A stretch of 64,000 bases of DNA from an uncultured Verrucomicrobiae bacterium (GTDB taxonomy: Bacteria; Verrucomicrobiota; Verrucomicrobiia; Chthoniobacterales; Chthoniobacteraceae), in the NCBI GenBank assembly GCA_963828525.1, contig CAWHEP010000002.1:224001-288000 (forward strand), written 5' to 3'. Made by a program: the position numbers and the translations under genes. Positions 20,308 to 31,167 of this stretch are shown piece by piece. Numbering within the stretch: the first letter of the stretch is position 1; each line of letters opens with the position of its first letter. The notes beneath the pieces were generated by a model that did no database searches, was not told where the DNA came from, and was given only the letters and a program-made list of their open reading frames with translations.

Positions 20308-20871
20308 ATGGCCTTTCCTGAAGAGTTCTACATCCACCTCGACGGAGAGCAAAAAGGCCCATACACCTTCCTGCAGCTAAAGCAGCTCTATGACCGGGGC
20401 TTCATCCCCGAGGAGTCCCTTTACTGGCGCGATGGCCTCGAACAGTGGCAGCCCGTGTCGGACATCTGCGGCCCCTCCCTGCGTCTTCGCGTCGAGAAGA
20501 AGCAGCGCAAAAAGATGGTGTCCATGATCGTCGTTGGAGCCATCGCCGGTGCTGCCGCGTTCTTCGCCCCGCTTATACGCGTTGGCTGGAAAGAAACCAA
20601 CGAACACGAGTTCACCGCCGAATCCGCTTACTGGAAAGCGCGCGGGCTCGTCCGCGAGGAGGTAAAAAGCAAGCGCGCCAATATCCATTTCGATGGATTT
20701 GACCCAACTTTCGTCACCCTCCAGGAAAAGAGCGGAGCCGCGTCAGTCTCGCTCCCCTGCACCTTCTTTCCGGAAGCAGGCGGCAGCAGGCGCGCCCGGT
20801 GGCAGGTGGCGATGCGCTTCGAATCCCGCGCCTCTGAATGGCTCCCCGTAGAAAGCCATGAGCTTCGCTAG
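20308..20871 (+). CDS. GYF_2 (DUF4339)-domain membrane protein
   Basis: GEQKGPYT..QL....G.I...SLYWRDGLEQWQP followed by one TM segment. Confidence 0.8.
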   Translation: MAFPEEFYIHLDGEQKGPYTFLQLKQLYDRGFIPEESLYWRDGLEQWQPVSDICGPSLRLRVEKKQRKKMVSMIVVGAIAGAAAFFAPLIRVGWKETNEHEFTAESAYWKARGLVREEVKSKRANIHFDGFDPTFVTLQEKSGAASVSLPCTFFPEAGGSRRARWQVAMRFESRASEWLPVESHELR

Positions 20872-21143
20872 GAGACTGTTGAAGAACCGGGGCATGTCGC
20901 GTTGCTGCCGATTTTTGAGTTGGGCAAGGCGCGAGGAGCGAGCATATCCGCAGTGATCTGTAAGTGACGAGCAACGCTGCACAACTCAAAAAGCGGCGCA
21001 ACCCGAAGGGCGAGAGCAATTTTGGGCGTCTTGCAGGGTTGCTCGCTTCTTGCAGACCGCAGCGGGTATGCGCTCCACTTGCGCCTTGCCATACGCCTAA
21101 AATTGCTCTTGCGCGGCATGTCGCAGTTCTTCAACAGTCTCCT
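20870..21143. mobile_element. MITE-like non-autonomous element
   Basis: Perfect 18-bp terminal inverted repeats AGGAGACTGTTGAAGAAC/GTTCTTCAACAGTCTCCT with imperfect extension; two internal hairpin arms; no credible ORF. Confidence 0.8.
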
Positions 21144-21155
21144 CGGGCCTGCTCT

Positions 21156-21317
21156 TTAATGCCCCGTGTCGTTTAAGTAGTTGTGGTAGAACTGCCGGTC
21201 TTCGTTCTCCACCTTCGGGTGCATCCACCCGTGGTAATAAAAATCCCGATCCTCGGGATCAACCGAGCATCCGCCCAGCACAAGCAGTAGCAGCAGCAAA
21301 GCAGGCATGCGTTTCAT
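21156..21317 (-). CDS. Small (53 aa) lipoprotein
   Basis: Below ORF-track cutoff; MKRMPALLLLLLVLGGC lipobox, then SVDPEDRDFYYHGWMHPKVENEDRQFYHNYLNDTGH. Confidence 0.7.
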   Translation of the reverse strand: MKRMPALLLLLLVLGGCSVDPEDRDFYYHGWMHPKVENEDRQFYHNYLNDTGH

Positions 21318-21335
21318 AGTGGAAACAGCGGCGAT

Positions 21336-21881
21336 ATGAATTTATGGTTCACCACTCCAAAACATCTGCATTTCGCCGCATTTGGCAAATCGTTGACGCT
21401 CCACGCAGAACCCATCCCCTTGAGATTCCCCGTTCTTACACCATCCCTCCCACTCCTCCGCGCGGGCGCGGCGATGCTGGCGTTCGCGGGCGGTTTTCTT
21501 CCCTCCGTTTGCGGGGCGGACGAGGCCGTCAAGAACGCCAAGGTCGAGGAAATGCGCAGGGAGGAGAAAGTGGCCGCTGATGTGTTCGCGCTCATGCGTG
21601 TCGATTTCCTCCCGGAGAAAGCTCGCGGGATGCATGCCCGCTTCCAATTCAAGATCAGCGGCCCTAACGGAGGCAACTGGTGGCTCATCGTCAACGACGG
21701 CAAGATGAGGCTCGAGCGCGGAACCATCGAAGCGCCCGACGTCACTATCTCCGCGAGTGACAGAGACTGGGTGCTGCTCTCGCAGGGCAACCTCAACGGC
21801 GCTATAGCGTATCTCACGGGACGCCTGGGGGTGAAGGGCGACAGCGATCTCGCGCACAAGCTGGATGATCTATATCCGTAA
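21336..21881 (+). CDS. SCP2 sterol/lipid-binding domain protein
   Basis: FQFKISGPNGGNW...PDVTI.....W..L..G.LN...AYLTGRLGVKGD..LA.KL; start uncertain. Confidence 0.85.
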   Translation: MNLWFTTPKHLHFAAFGKSLTLHAEPIPLRFPVLTPSLPLLRAGAAMLAFAGGFLPSVCGADEAVKNAKVEEMRREEKVAADVFALMRVDFLPEKARGMHARFQFKISGPNGGNWWLIVNDGKMRLERGTIEAPDVTISASDRDWVLLSQGNLNGAIAYLTGRLGVKGDSDLAHKLDDLYP

Positions 21882-21936
21882 ACCGTTCGCCCGCCTTGCG
21901 AACAGGTTCCCCTTGCGGGAAGATGCTTCTCCTTAG

Positions 21937-23545
21937 ATGAAGCACGAGATCGCCAGGCGGCGCGCGTTCGCCATCATTTCGCATCCAGATGCGGGCAAGA
22001 CCACTCTCACCGAGAAGCTCTTGCTCTATGGCGGAGCCGTCCAGCTCGCGGGCTCCGTTTCCTCGCGAAAATCCGCCCGCGCCGCGACCTCCGACTGGAT
22101 GGAACTCGAGCGCAAGCGCGGCATCTCCATCAGTTCCACCGTTCTCCAGTTCGATTACCGCGGCTTCCGAATGAACCTGCTCGACACCCCGGGCCATAAG
22201 GATTTCTCCGAGGATACATACCGCGTCCTGACCGCCGTGGACGCAGTCGTGATGGTTATCGACGCTGGCAAGGGCATTGAGACGCAGACACGCAAACTGT
22301 TTGAAGTCTGCCGCCGCCGTGGCGTGCCGATCTTCACCTTCATGAACAAGCTGCGATCGCCCCTCCCGGGATCCTCTCGCCCTTTTGGACGAACTCGAAA
22401 GCGTCCTCGGCATCGGCGCTTTCCCTGTCAACTGGCCGCTCGGAGCTGGCTCCGGGTTCAAGGGTGTTTATGATCGCCAGACCAAGTCAGTGCATCTTTT
22501 CGAGCGCACTCGCGAGGGAGCATACCGGGCGCCTGTCACCATCACGAGCCTGGGCGACCCCATCGTCCGCGACAAGCTCGACGAGGGTGACTACGCGCGT
22601 GTCGTCGAGGAACTCGAGATGCTGGAGCTTGCCGGAAAGGAATATTCCGAAGCCGAGGTTTTGTCGGGCGCGCTCACGCCGGTTTTCTTTGGCAGCGCGA
22701 TGAATAACTTCGGCGTCCAGTTGCTTCTGGACTCCTTCCTGGATCGATCCTCGCCCCCGTCTGCCCGCCGCGCCGGAGACCGCATGGTCGCCCCGGATGA
22801 TCCCGCTTTCTCAGGCTTCGTATTTAAAATCCAGGCAAACATGGATCCGAAACACCGCGACCGCATCGCTTTCGTGCGGGTCTGCTCCGGTCGCTTCCAG
22901 CGCGATATGCTCGTGACCCATGTCCAATCGGGCAAAAGAGTGCGCCTCTCCAGTTCTCACAAGCTTTTCGGGCAGGAACGCGAGACCATCGACGAAGCTT
23001 TCCCGGGCGACATCGTCGGCCTGGTTGGCCACGCCGAGTTCGGCATTGGCGACACGCTCAGTGAGGATGGCACCGTCAGCTACGATGAGATTCCCCGCTT
23101 CCCTCCGGAATGTTTCGCCCATTTGCAAAACCCGAATCCTTCGAAGTTCAAGCAGTTCCGCAAGGGTGTGGATCAATTGCTGCAGGAAGGCGTCGTCCAG
23201 GTGTTTCATCTTCGCGACTCTGGACAGCGAGTGCCCCTCCTTGCCGCTGTGGGGCCGCTCCAGTTCGAGGTCGTCCAGTATCGCCTTGAGTCCGAATACG
23301 GAGCCGAATCCAGGTTGGAGACCACCCCATGGTCGCTGCTAAAATGGCTGCGCGCGGGCACGACGCCGGAGCAGCTCAAGGAACTTCGCCTTCCCACCGG
23401 TTGCAGGGTGGCGAGGGATTGCGAGGAACAGCCTGTCGTCCTCTTCCCGAGTGATTGGACGCTGGACTATTTCAAAAAACAAAATCCCGGCGAAGAGTTG
23501 TTTGATGTCTCGGCGGATTCAAAAGACAGCGTCCTCGCTCATTGA
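21937..23545 (+). CDS. prfC: Peptide chain release factor 3 (frameshift near 22353)
   Basis: [59 protein letters not shown]; split over two frames at the NKxD motif. Confidence 0.95.
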
Positions 23546-24267
23546 CCGTGAACGTCACCCTCTTCATCCCCTGCTTCGTGGATATGTGCTATCCAAAGGT
23601 TGGGATCAGCATCGTCCAGATCTTGGAGCGCCTCGGCCATACCGTGTCATGTCCCGAGGATGTCATCTGCTGCGGCCAGCCGGCTTTCAACTCCGGTTAC
23701 TGGGATGAAGCGCGGACCGTGGCTTCCAAGGTGCTCGACCGGCTGGAGAGCGCGGAAGTCGTGGTGATCGCCTCCGGCTCCTGTGGAGCGATGCTCAAGG
23801 TCTTCTACCCGCAACTGTTTGAGAAGACTTCCCGCGCCGCCGCCGCCCAGCGGCTCGCAAGCCGGACCCATGAGTTTTCTGACTTCCTCGTAAATGAACT
23901 GGGCGTCACGGAGCTGGGCGCCCGCTTCCCGGCCAAAGTCACCATCCACGATGGTTGCCACGGCCTCCGCGAGTTGGGAACCGCGAAACTGCCGCCGCGA
24001 AAACTGCTCGCGAATGTCGAGGGGCTCGAACTTGTCGAGATGGCCGAGGCGGAAACCTGCTGCGGCTTTGGAGGCGCGTTTGCCGCCAAGTTCCCCATGA
24101 TCTCCACCGCCATGGGCGAGGTGAAATGCGCCTCTGCCATTGAATCCGGCGCGGAATATATCGTCTCAAATGACTCCAGTTGCCTCATGCACGTCCAGGG
24201 CATCCTGGATCGCGAAGGCAGGAAGATGAAAACCATCCACCTGGCTGAGGTGCTCGCCAGTTCATGA
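23542..24267 (+). CDS. lutA: Lactate utilization protein A (CCG-domain Fe-S protein)
   Basis: CCGQPAFNSG, SGSC, HDGCH, CCGFGG. Confidence 0.85.
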   Translation: MTVNVTLFIPCFVDMCYPKVGISIVQILERLGHTVSCPEDVICCGQPAFNSGYWDEARTVASKVLDRLESAEVVVIASGSCGAMLKVFYPQLFEKTSRAAAAQRLASRTHEFSDFLVNELGVTELGARFPAKVTIHDGCHGLRELGTAKLPPRKLLANVEGLELVEMAEAETCCGFGGAFAAKFPMISTAMGEVKCASAIESGAEYIVSNDSSCLMHVQGILDREGRKMKTIHLAEVLASS

Positions 24268-25658
24268 TGCTCTTCTCGCGCCAGTTCAGGAGGGATGCCG
24301 TCAAGATCACCCGCGATTTGCGCCACAGATCGCTGATCCAGGTCGCGCTCAAAAAATACGAGGTCGCGCGCGACGCCCGCAAAGCGAAGTTCCAGAACTG
24401 GCAGGAAGCTCGCAACGCCGGCGCGGAAACAAAGTGGGAGGCGATAAACCATCTCGACACTTACCTCGTTGAGTTCGCTCGAAAACTCGAGGCGCGCGGC
24501 GGGCGGGTCCACTGGGCTGGCACAGGCGAGCAGGCTCGGGAGATCATCCTCGGCATCCTCCGGGAAAAAAACGCGCGCTCCATCATCAAGTCGAAGGTGA
24601 TGACGGGCGAGGAAATCCACCTGAACGACGCGCTGGAAAAAGCCGGGTTCAATGTCGTGGAATCCGACCTCGGCGAATACATCGTCCAGCTTCGGCGCGA
24701 GCCTCCCTACCACTTTGTCTTTCCAGCCATGCATCTCACCCGCGGGGAGATCAGCGCGCTTTTTGAGAAGGAACTTGGCTCCGCCGCCACAGATAGCCCC
24801 GAGGAGCTGACGCTCATCGCCCGCAAAGTGATGCGGGAAAAGTATCTCACCGCCGATGTCGGCATCAGCGGCGCGAACTTTGCCATTGCCGAGACGGGGA
24901 TGATCTCGATCACCGAGAACGAGGGCAACGCCCGCCTCACGTGCGCCCTGCCCAAGGTGCATATCGCCCTCATGGGAATCGAAAAGGTGCTCCCGAAGCT
25001 CGACGATCTCGCCCTCTTCCTGCCCCTCCTAGGCACGGCTGGCGCTGGCCAGGCGCTCACTTGCTACAATTCGATGTACGGAGGCCCGCGCCAGCCCGGC
25101 GAGAGCGATGGGCCGGACGAGTTCCATGTCGTGCTGCTCGACAACAAGCGCACCCACCTGCTCGCCGATCCCGAGCAGCGCGACGCCCTCCACTGTATCC
25201 GCTGCGGCGCGTGCCTAAACGTCTGCCCCATTTACAAGAACATCGGCGGCCACGCTTACGGCACCACCTATCAGGGTCCTATTGGCGCTGTCATCACCCC
25301 CCACCTGCGCGGGTTGCAGGATTGGAAGCATCTCTCTGGCGCTTCCTCCCTCTGCGGAGCCTGCACCGAAGCGTGCCCTGTGAAGATCGACCTCCACCAT
25401 CACCTCCTGCAAAACAGGAGGAACGCCGCCATGCAAAAGCCCGTCTGGTGGGAGAAGACCGCGTTCAAGTTCTTCGCCGTTCTCATGAACAACGCCGGGC
25501 TCTACGCGCTCTCAAAGCCGCTCGCCCGTCTGGGACAAGTATTTCACCCTCTCATCAAGGGCACCCGGCTGGATCCCGCCTATGCATGGACCCACTCCCG
25601 GGAACTGCCGAAAGTCGCCTCTCAGACCTTTAAGGAATATTGGCGCTCCAGGAAATGA
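24264..25658 (+). CDS. lutB: Lactate utilization protein B (LUD plus 4Fe-4S)
   Basis: ESDLGEYIVQL, ENEGNARL, CIRCGACLNVCP, SSLCGACTEACP. Confidence 0.9.
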   Translation: MMLFSRQFRRDAVKITRDLRHRSLIQVALKKYEVARDARKAKFQNWQEARNAGAETKWEAINHLDTYLVEFARKLEARGGRVHWAGTGEQAREIILGILREKNARSIIKSKVMTGEEIHLNDALEKAGFNVVESDLGEYIVQLRREPPYHFVFPAMHLTRGEISALFEKELGSAATDSPEELTLIARKVMREKYLTADVGISGANFAIAETGMISITENEGNARLTCALPKVHIALMGIEKVLPKLDDLALFLPLLGTAGAGQALTCYNSMYGGPRQPGESDGPDEFHVVLLDNKRTHLLADPEQRDALHCIRCGACLNVCPIYKNIGGHAYGTTYQGPIGAVITPHLRGLQDWKHLSGASSLCGACTEACPVKIDLHHHLLQNRRNAAMQKPVWWEKTAFKFFAVLMNNAGLYALSKPLARLGQVFHPLIKGTRLDPAYAWTHSRELPKVASQTFKEYWRSRK

Positions 25659-26344
25659 GTGAGGAACAGAAAATCCTGGGCAGGATTCGCGAAGCCCTCA
25701 GGGAGCCCGCGCCGAAACCAGGCGCGCATGGACATCGCCCGGCGGGAGACTCTATCGACTCCCAGCCTCCCAGACTCGTCTCGGATTGGCTGCCCATCGT
25801 TGGCCCCAGTTTCGAAGAGCGCGTGGAGTTGTTTGCCTCCAATTCACTCGATCTCAAAACAGACTTCCGCCTTCTCAACAATTTCGACGAAATGACGGCG
25901 GCGCTCCGCCAGATCGCCGAAAGCGAAGGCTGGAAGAAAGTAGGCGCCCACGCGGGAGAGTTGACCACGCCGGCAACTGACGCTCTGGGCCTGCCGGTCT
26001 GTTCCACCACCGCTGCTTACGATGTGAAAGAACTGGAGTCATGCGACGCCGGCATCAGCGAATGCGATGCTCTCATCGCGCAGACTGGCAGTATCCTCGT
26101 ATCCACGCGCAGTGCCGGTGGCCGCGCGCTCTCGGTGCTGCCTCCGCATCACATTGTCCTGGGCAGGCGCGAGCAACTGGTCCCCGATCTCTCCGAAGCC
26201 ATCCTCCGCCTAAAGCAGAAATACGCCCCCGAGTATCCGAGCTTCTTCTCATTCATCACTGGCCCGAGCCGCACCGGCGACATCGAGCGCATCCTGGTGC
26301 TCGGAGCCCACGGGCCTCGCAGACTTACCGTGCTGTGTTACTGA
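25655..26344 (+). CDS. lutC: Lactate utilization protein C (LUD domain)
   Basis: IAQTGS, GRALSVLPPHH, ITGPSRTGDIERILVLGAHGP. Confidence 0.88.
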   Translation: MSEEQKILGRIREALREPAPKPGAHGHRPAGDSIDSQPPRLVSDWLPIVGPSFEERVELFASNSLDLKTDFRLLNNFDEMTAALRQIAESEGWKKVGAHAGELTTPATDALGLPVCSTTAAYDVKELESCDAGISECDALIAQTGSILVSTRSAGGRALSVLPPHHIVLGRREQLVPDLSEAILRLKQKYAPEYPSFFSFITGPSRTGDIERILVLGAHGPRRLTVLCY

Positions 26345-26381
26345 AATCCGCTCAGACTGCTCCGACCCGCCTGGCCAGGTC

Positions 26382-27327
26382 TTAGCGCATAAAACCCGCC
26401 GCGCTAAGCCAGCGCCCAGCCTTGTAGAGCCACCCTCCCGGAGGGCCGCTGTTAGACGGCCACGCGTTATCAGTGCGAGCGGGTTCGTACCGCCCGCTGC
26501 TGATGTTATACTGACTTGGCCCAAACCCAAATCCGTGTCCCCCGTGAGGGTATTCCTGGATGGCGGACTTCACGCCAGCCTTTTGCAGCGCGGCATACAT
26601 CAGTCGGCTGTTGGCGATCGGAACAGCCGCGTCATCCACGGCGTAGATGAGGAGCGTGGGCGGCGTCTGCGGCGTAACCTGCGTCTCGTTCGAAAGACTG
26701 TCCACCAACGCCGCTTCTGGGTTCATTCCGAGCAGGTTCCGTTTGCTCCCTTGATGCGTGATCCCGTCGCGCATACTGATCACCGGATAAACCAGCACCG
26801 CAAAGTCCGGGCGGCAACTCAGCGCTATCCGTCTCGTCCTCCGCTTTCATAACCCGGGTGTCGAAATGCGTCTCCAGGGTCGATGCAAGGTGCCCTCCAG
26901 CCGAGAAACCCATCACGCCGACTTTCGTCACATCGATATTCCACTCCGCGGATCGACTGCGGATCAGCCTCATTGCCCGCTGCGCGTCAAGCAGAGGCAC
27001 AGGATGCCGATACCCCTTCGCGGGAAGGCGGTACTTCAGGACGAACCCCGCCACCCCATTACCTTGAAACCATCGCGCCTCGTTAGTCCCTTCCCTCTCC
27101 ATCGACAGTTTGCCATACGCCCCGCCCGGGCAGATGAGGACCGCGGGTGTGGCAGCCCCTGCGCTCGCGGGCAGGAACACCGTCACGGTTGGAACATCAT
27201 CCGGCCCGCTCCCATGGCTCATCGGAGCGGGCCCGTCCCAAAGCGGAACGACCGTTTCCGCCCAGGCGGTAACCGCCAGAGCGAACGCGATCAGGACAGA
27301 AGCGGAACAGGAATAAAGCAAACGCAT
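26382..27327 (-). CDS. Secreted alpha/beta-hydrolase (carbohydrate esterase-like), frameshift near 26826
   Basis: CPGGAY, GFSAGGHL, RPDFAVLVYPVIS, D..V and GGHGFG catalytic triad motifs over two frames. Confidence 0.85.
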
Positions 27328-27453
27328 CCCGGGAGGATTTTCAGAACTGATGTAGAAGATGCCCAACCCGGCCGACCAAGTCAAAGCCCCTCCCGGCAGA
27401 AAGACTCCGATCTTGACTCATCCCCACACCCCTGACACAACGCCCCTTCGTCG

Positions 27454-28347
27454 ATGAACAACACCAACAAGGCCATCATCCTTGCCGGAGGGGCCGGCAC
27501 GCGGCTCTACCCGCTCACGCAGATCGTCTGCAAACAGCTTCTGCCGATCTACGATAAGCCGATGATCTACTACCCCATGGCCACCCTTATGTTGGGTGGC
27601 ATTCGGGAAATCCTGATCATCTCCACCCCGAAAGACATCCCCCGTTTTCGCGACCTGTTCGGCGATGGAACTCGTTGGGGCTTGAGCATCGAATACGCGG
27701 AGCAACCCGAACCAGCGGGCATTGCGCAGGCTTTTCTGATCGGAGCGAAATTCATCGGCACTTCCCCTGTCACCCTCATCCTGGGCGACAACATCTTCTA
27801 CGGGAATCTGGATTTCTTCCGGCATGCGCTTGCCATGGGAAAGGGAGCCTGCATTTTCGCTTACACAGTGCGCGACCCGGAACGCTACGGCGTCGTCGAA
27901 TTCGACACTGCCGGCCGCGCCATCAGCCTTGAAGAGAAGCCCGCGCATCCAAAGAGCCCGCACGCCGTCCCCGGCCTCTACGTCTATGATAACCAGGTCG
28001 TCGAGATTTGCCGCAACCTGAAGCCATCGCCCCGGGGCGAACTCGAGATCACCGACGTGAACCTCGAATACCTGCGCCGCAAAGAGCTATTCGTGAAGCT
28101 CCTCAGCCGGGGCATGGCCTGGCTCGATACGGGCACTCACGCCAGCCTTCTGGAGGCGAGCAATTACATCGCCACCATCGAGCACCGCCAGGGCCTGCGA
28201 GTTGCCTGTCTTGAAGAGATCGCTTTCAACATGGGCTTCATCGACGAGCGGGCGTTCCGCGCCATCATCGACACCCTGCCCAAAAATGAATACCGGGAAT
28301 ACCTCCAGCTCGTCCTCCGCGAGAAACAGGCGCCAGGTCAGGCGTGA
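27454..28347 (+). CDS. rfbA: Glucose-1-phosphate thymidylyltransferase
   Basis: [47 protein letters not shown]. Confidence 0.96.
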   Translation: MNNTNKAIILAGGAGTRLYPLTQIVCKQLLPIYDKPMIYYPMATLMLGGIREILIISTPKDIPRFRDLFGDGTRWGLSIEYAEQPEPAGIAQAFLIGAKFIGTSPVTLILGDNIFYGNLDFFRHALAMGKGACIFAYTVRDPERYGVVEFDTAGRAISLEEKPAHPKSPHAVPGLYVYDNQVVEICRNLKPSPRGELEITDVNLEYLRRKELFVKLLSRGMAWLDTGTHASLLEASNYIATIEHRQGLRVACLEEIAFNMGFIDERAFRAIIDTLPKNEYREYLQLVLREKQAPGQA

Positions 28348-28363
28348 TCCTCCGCAAGCCCGC

Positions 28364-29101
28364 CTAATCCGCTTCCATCAGCCCCTGCCACTCGTCCGGC
28401 AGCGGAGCGAACTCCACGCCATTGGCGATCCGCCCTTCGAACTCCGGCTTGAACGAGGTGCTCGTGCCATAAACCATTATCAGGTTCACAGAGCTTTCCA
28501 CCCGGATCGCGTGAGCCACACCCGCCGGGATCACGACTCCGATGTTATTCGGCCCGCGATGGTCATCCCCCTCGATGATGAACCGCATCCTCCGCCTCTC
28601 CAGTCCTCGCCGCTCGTCGATCAGCAGCATCTCCGACACCCCCTGAACAAAAAACATCACGTCCCACTGCTCTCGATCATACGGACGAGCGCTGTAATCA
28701 TCTGGATTCCGGACAAACAACTGTTGAAACCACTCCTCCGCCGTGTGCCCCTCCGGTATATGCGGCGGGTGGATGTGAAAACCCTTTGCCGTGTTCGCGA
28801 ACATGCACGCCGTAGCCCACTGCGACGGCCACAAACCGATCCGCGCCAGAATGCCCTCGTCCCGCCTCGCAAACTCACCAAAAAATCCGCGATGCCGCTG
28901 AGGGAAAATCCTGCGGGCAAACACCTCCACCCCCGGTATCCACGCAGAAGCCACGTCTGCCTGTGTACGATCCGCTGACACGAGTTCGCCTCCCTCCACC
29001 CCGCTCGTGCCCAGCCGCGCGCCCAACGATTTCACCTCGTAATCGCGCTGCGTCAGCAGGGATTGCGCCGAGGCCCGCAGGCCTTTCCAACGTTCGTTCA
29101 T
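28364..29101 (-). CDS. dTDP-4-dehydrorhamnose 3,5-epimerase-like cupin
   Basis: RGFFGE, AKGFHIH, LIDERRG, IPAGVAH RmlC-like motifs; convergent with rfbA. Confidence 0.7.
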   Translation of the reverse strand: MNERWKGLRASAQSLLTQRDYEVKSLGARLGTSGVEGGELVSADRTQADVASAWIPGVEVFARRIFPQRHRGFFGEFARRDEGILARIGLWPSQWATACMFANTAKGFHIHPPHIPEGHTAEEWFQQLFVRNPDDYSARPYDREQWDVMFFVQGVSEMLLIDERRGLERRRMRFIIEGDDHRGPNNIGVVIPAGVAHAIRVESSVNLIMVYGTSTSFKPEFEGRIANGVEFAPLPDEWQGLMEAD

Positions 29102-29353
29102 GCGCAAGGTTCGTGTAAAACCGCCAACCCCGTCAAGACCGGTCAAGCACATCTCAGCATGCCGCCCCCATCTCCCACTGAGCTCAAATTCAAGCGCCAG
29201 ATCGTCCGCCCTCCCTCAGGACGACGGCACGCCGAGCTTGCTCGACGAGTAATCCTTGCCATCCGTGGTGAAAACCATCCGCCCGCTCCACGTCTCGCAA
29301 AAGGCCTTGCAACCGTCCTGAATCCCTCCTAATTTCCCAACCGGTCGCAAAAT

Positions 29354-29426
29354 GCGGGTGTAGCTCAGTTGGTAGAGCACTTCCTTGCCAAGGAAGATGT
29401 CGCGAGTTCGAGTCTCGTCACCCGCT
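29354..29426 (+). tRNA. tRNA-Gly(GCC)
   Basis: GCGGGTG/CACCCGC acceptor stem, TAGCTCAGTTGGTAGAGC D-arm, CTTCC-TTGCCAA-GGAAG anticodon arm, GTTCGAG T-loop; CCA not encoded. Confidence 0.97.
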
Positions 29427-29717
29427 CTCTCTGTCCGTGACACTTACAGAGATTTTAGAGCCGAATGGCGCTCGTCGCACCCAACCTGCAATCGCGTCTG
29501 GCTCCCAGCACTGGTGAGTGCCTTTTAAAAAAACTGAACATCAAACCGTAGTGGAGGGACAGCCATGCGCGAACCACGAGATTACGAAATTCGCATTTGG
29601 TCTATTGACGGTAGGTTTTGCCATAATAAGACGAGCGGTGTTAAAGTCATACGTTCAGCTGCGCGAAGTTAATATTTTGGCCTTTGAGCGAAATCCCCCC
29701 AATTTCCATCGCCAAGC

Positions 29718-30294
29718 CTATTTCCCTCGATGGTGACAACCGGACGCCACCGGTCCTTCATCTGGAATCGCGGCGGAAAATCCGAGCCATTCTTCTTTAT
29801 TGGGCGTCTGGTGCCGCTGCACCTCGAAAGCCGCGTTATAGAACGCGGAGTAAGCGTCCCTTAAAGGGTCTCGCAGTCGAGCGGTGTGCTCCAATGTATT
29901 AATCAGCGGCTTATATCGCCTGATGGTGTGCGTCTCCTTGTCTCTGCAATTTTCGCATTCACATTCGCTGAAATGAAGATCGAAGGCGGCATCTGGCCAG
30001 CGCGCTGCTGCAAATTCCTGGAAGCATCTAATCTTGTAATCGTTCGGTGAATGGGGCTGAAAGGCACGTCGATAATGTCCCATCCGCCGCGCAAGGGAAG
30101 TCGTCCTTCCCACATATATCCTATAGAGAGAGCCCTTCCATCGCATATCCAAAAATAAACACCGGGTCTGGCTTCGGCCACACCGTTACCCGTGCCATCC
30201 ACCACATTTACATCAGAATTGTGAGTAGACGGTTAAATCCTTCAGCTTCGAGCTGCCGGAGATCGTCGTCAGAGAGGAGCCAGCGGGTGTTCAT
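29718..30294 (-). pseudogene. Interrupted GIY-YIG-like nuclease gene
   Basis: PGVYFW in one frame joins YRIYVGRTTSLARR..HY and E...I..YKPLIN in another; an upstream in-frame stop is also present. Confidence 0.55.
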
Positions 30295-30323
30295 TCAAGA
30301 ATGATTATCTCGGATATGCGCAA

Positions 30324-31148
30324 TCACAACGCCGCGTTGATTTTTTCTAAAGCTTCCAATGCGCCCATCGGCAGGCTGATTGCGCCATCCGGGGCTTTCG
30401 GCTCGCGGACGTTGATGCGCACGAGGCGGGCATGGCATTGCTCGGCGATGACCTCCGAAAATGACCGCACGGTCGGCACTGATGTCCCTGCGCCCAGTTC
30501 GATCACCACCAACTTCCGAGCGGCGGAGCGGAGCCAGCTATCCCGCCGATGCTCCTGTTGGGCGTTTCGCCCTGAGTCCCACCCATAATCTCCGAACATC
30601 AAAATGTTGGGCCGGGCAAGAGCCCCGCACGCCGGGCACTTCGGCAACTCGCCTTCGCATCGAAGCGTGGTTTCGTTGACTGTCGGCGCAAACGAATCAG
30701 AAGGAAAAATGCCGACCCCGCACCTCTTCATGCACTGCGCGTAGTGAATACTTCCATGGATTTCCGTGATCTGATCCTCGGAGAAGCCGGCGCGTTGAAA
30801 ATGCCCGTCCACGTTCGAGGTGAAGACGAACGCGCCCTTGTTCATTCGGGCACCCCATTGGCGGAGAATCTCAAAGCCGGCGTGCGGAGATGTGGCGCGG
30901 TAAAGATTGAGCCGGTGCCCATAAAATCCCCAAGCCAGAGCGGGATCTTCAACGAACCACCGCGGAGTGGCCACGTCCGAGAACTTCCGGCCCAGGCTCC
31001 TATAGGGCGGGTAAGCTCTCCAGAAGCCTTCAGGTCCGCGGAAATCCAGCAATCCCGAATCCACCCCGATGCCAGCTCCAGCCGTAATGAGCAGGGCGTC
31101 CGCGGCCGAAATTGCCTCCGCCGCGAGATTGATCAAGTCTTTCATCAC
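30324..31148 (-). CDS. Sir2-family NAD-dependent deacylase
   Basis: TAGAGIGVDSGLLDFRG, TSNVDGHF, EIHGS, Zn-binding Cys pairs, RPNILMF. Confidence 0.92.
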   Translation of the reverse strand: MMKDLINLAAEAISAADALLITAGAGIGVDSGLLDFRGPEGFWRAYPPYRSLGRKFSDVATPRWFVEDPALAWGFYGHRLNLYRATSPHAGFEILRQWGARMNKGAFVFTSNVDGHFQRAGFSEDQITEIHGSIHYAQCMKRCGVGIFPSDSFAPTVNETTLRCEGELPKCPACGALARPNILMFGDYGWDSGRNAQQEHRRDSWLRSAARKLVVIELGAGTSVPTVRSFSEVIAEQCHARLVRINVREPKAPDGAISLPMGALEALEKINAAL

Positions 31149-31167
31149 GATGATCGGCTCGGCGCGG

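Noticed and set aside
22340..22390. Programmed frameshift in prfC, analogous to prfB
   Set aside because: No slippery CTT-TGA site or internal SD; many similar indels across the window point to sequence error.
23805..24962. Long antisense ORFs (385 aa here; also 44054-45316 and 52714-53787)
   Set aside because: Shadow frames of well-supported genes in high-GC DNA, with no recognisable motifs.
30324..31148. Sir2 gene as an anti-phage system (Thoeris/DSR/Sir2-HerA)
   Set aside because: It is a Zn-binding classical sirtuin with no TIR, HerA or pAgo partner.
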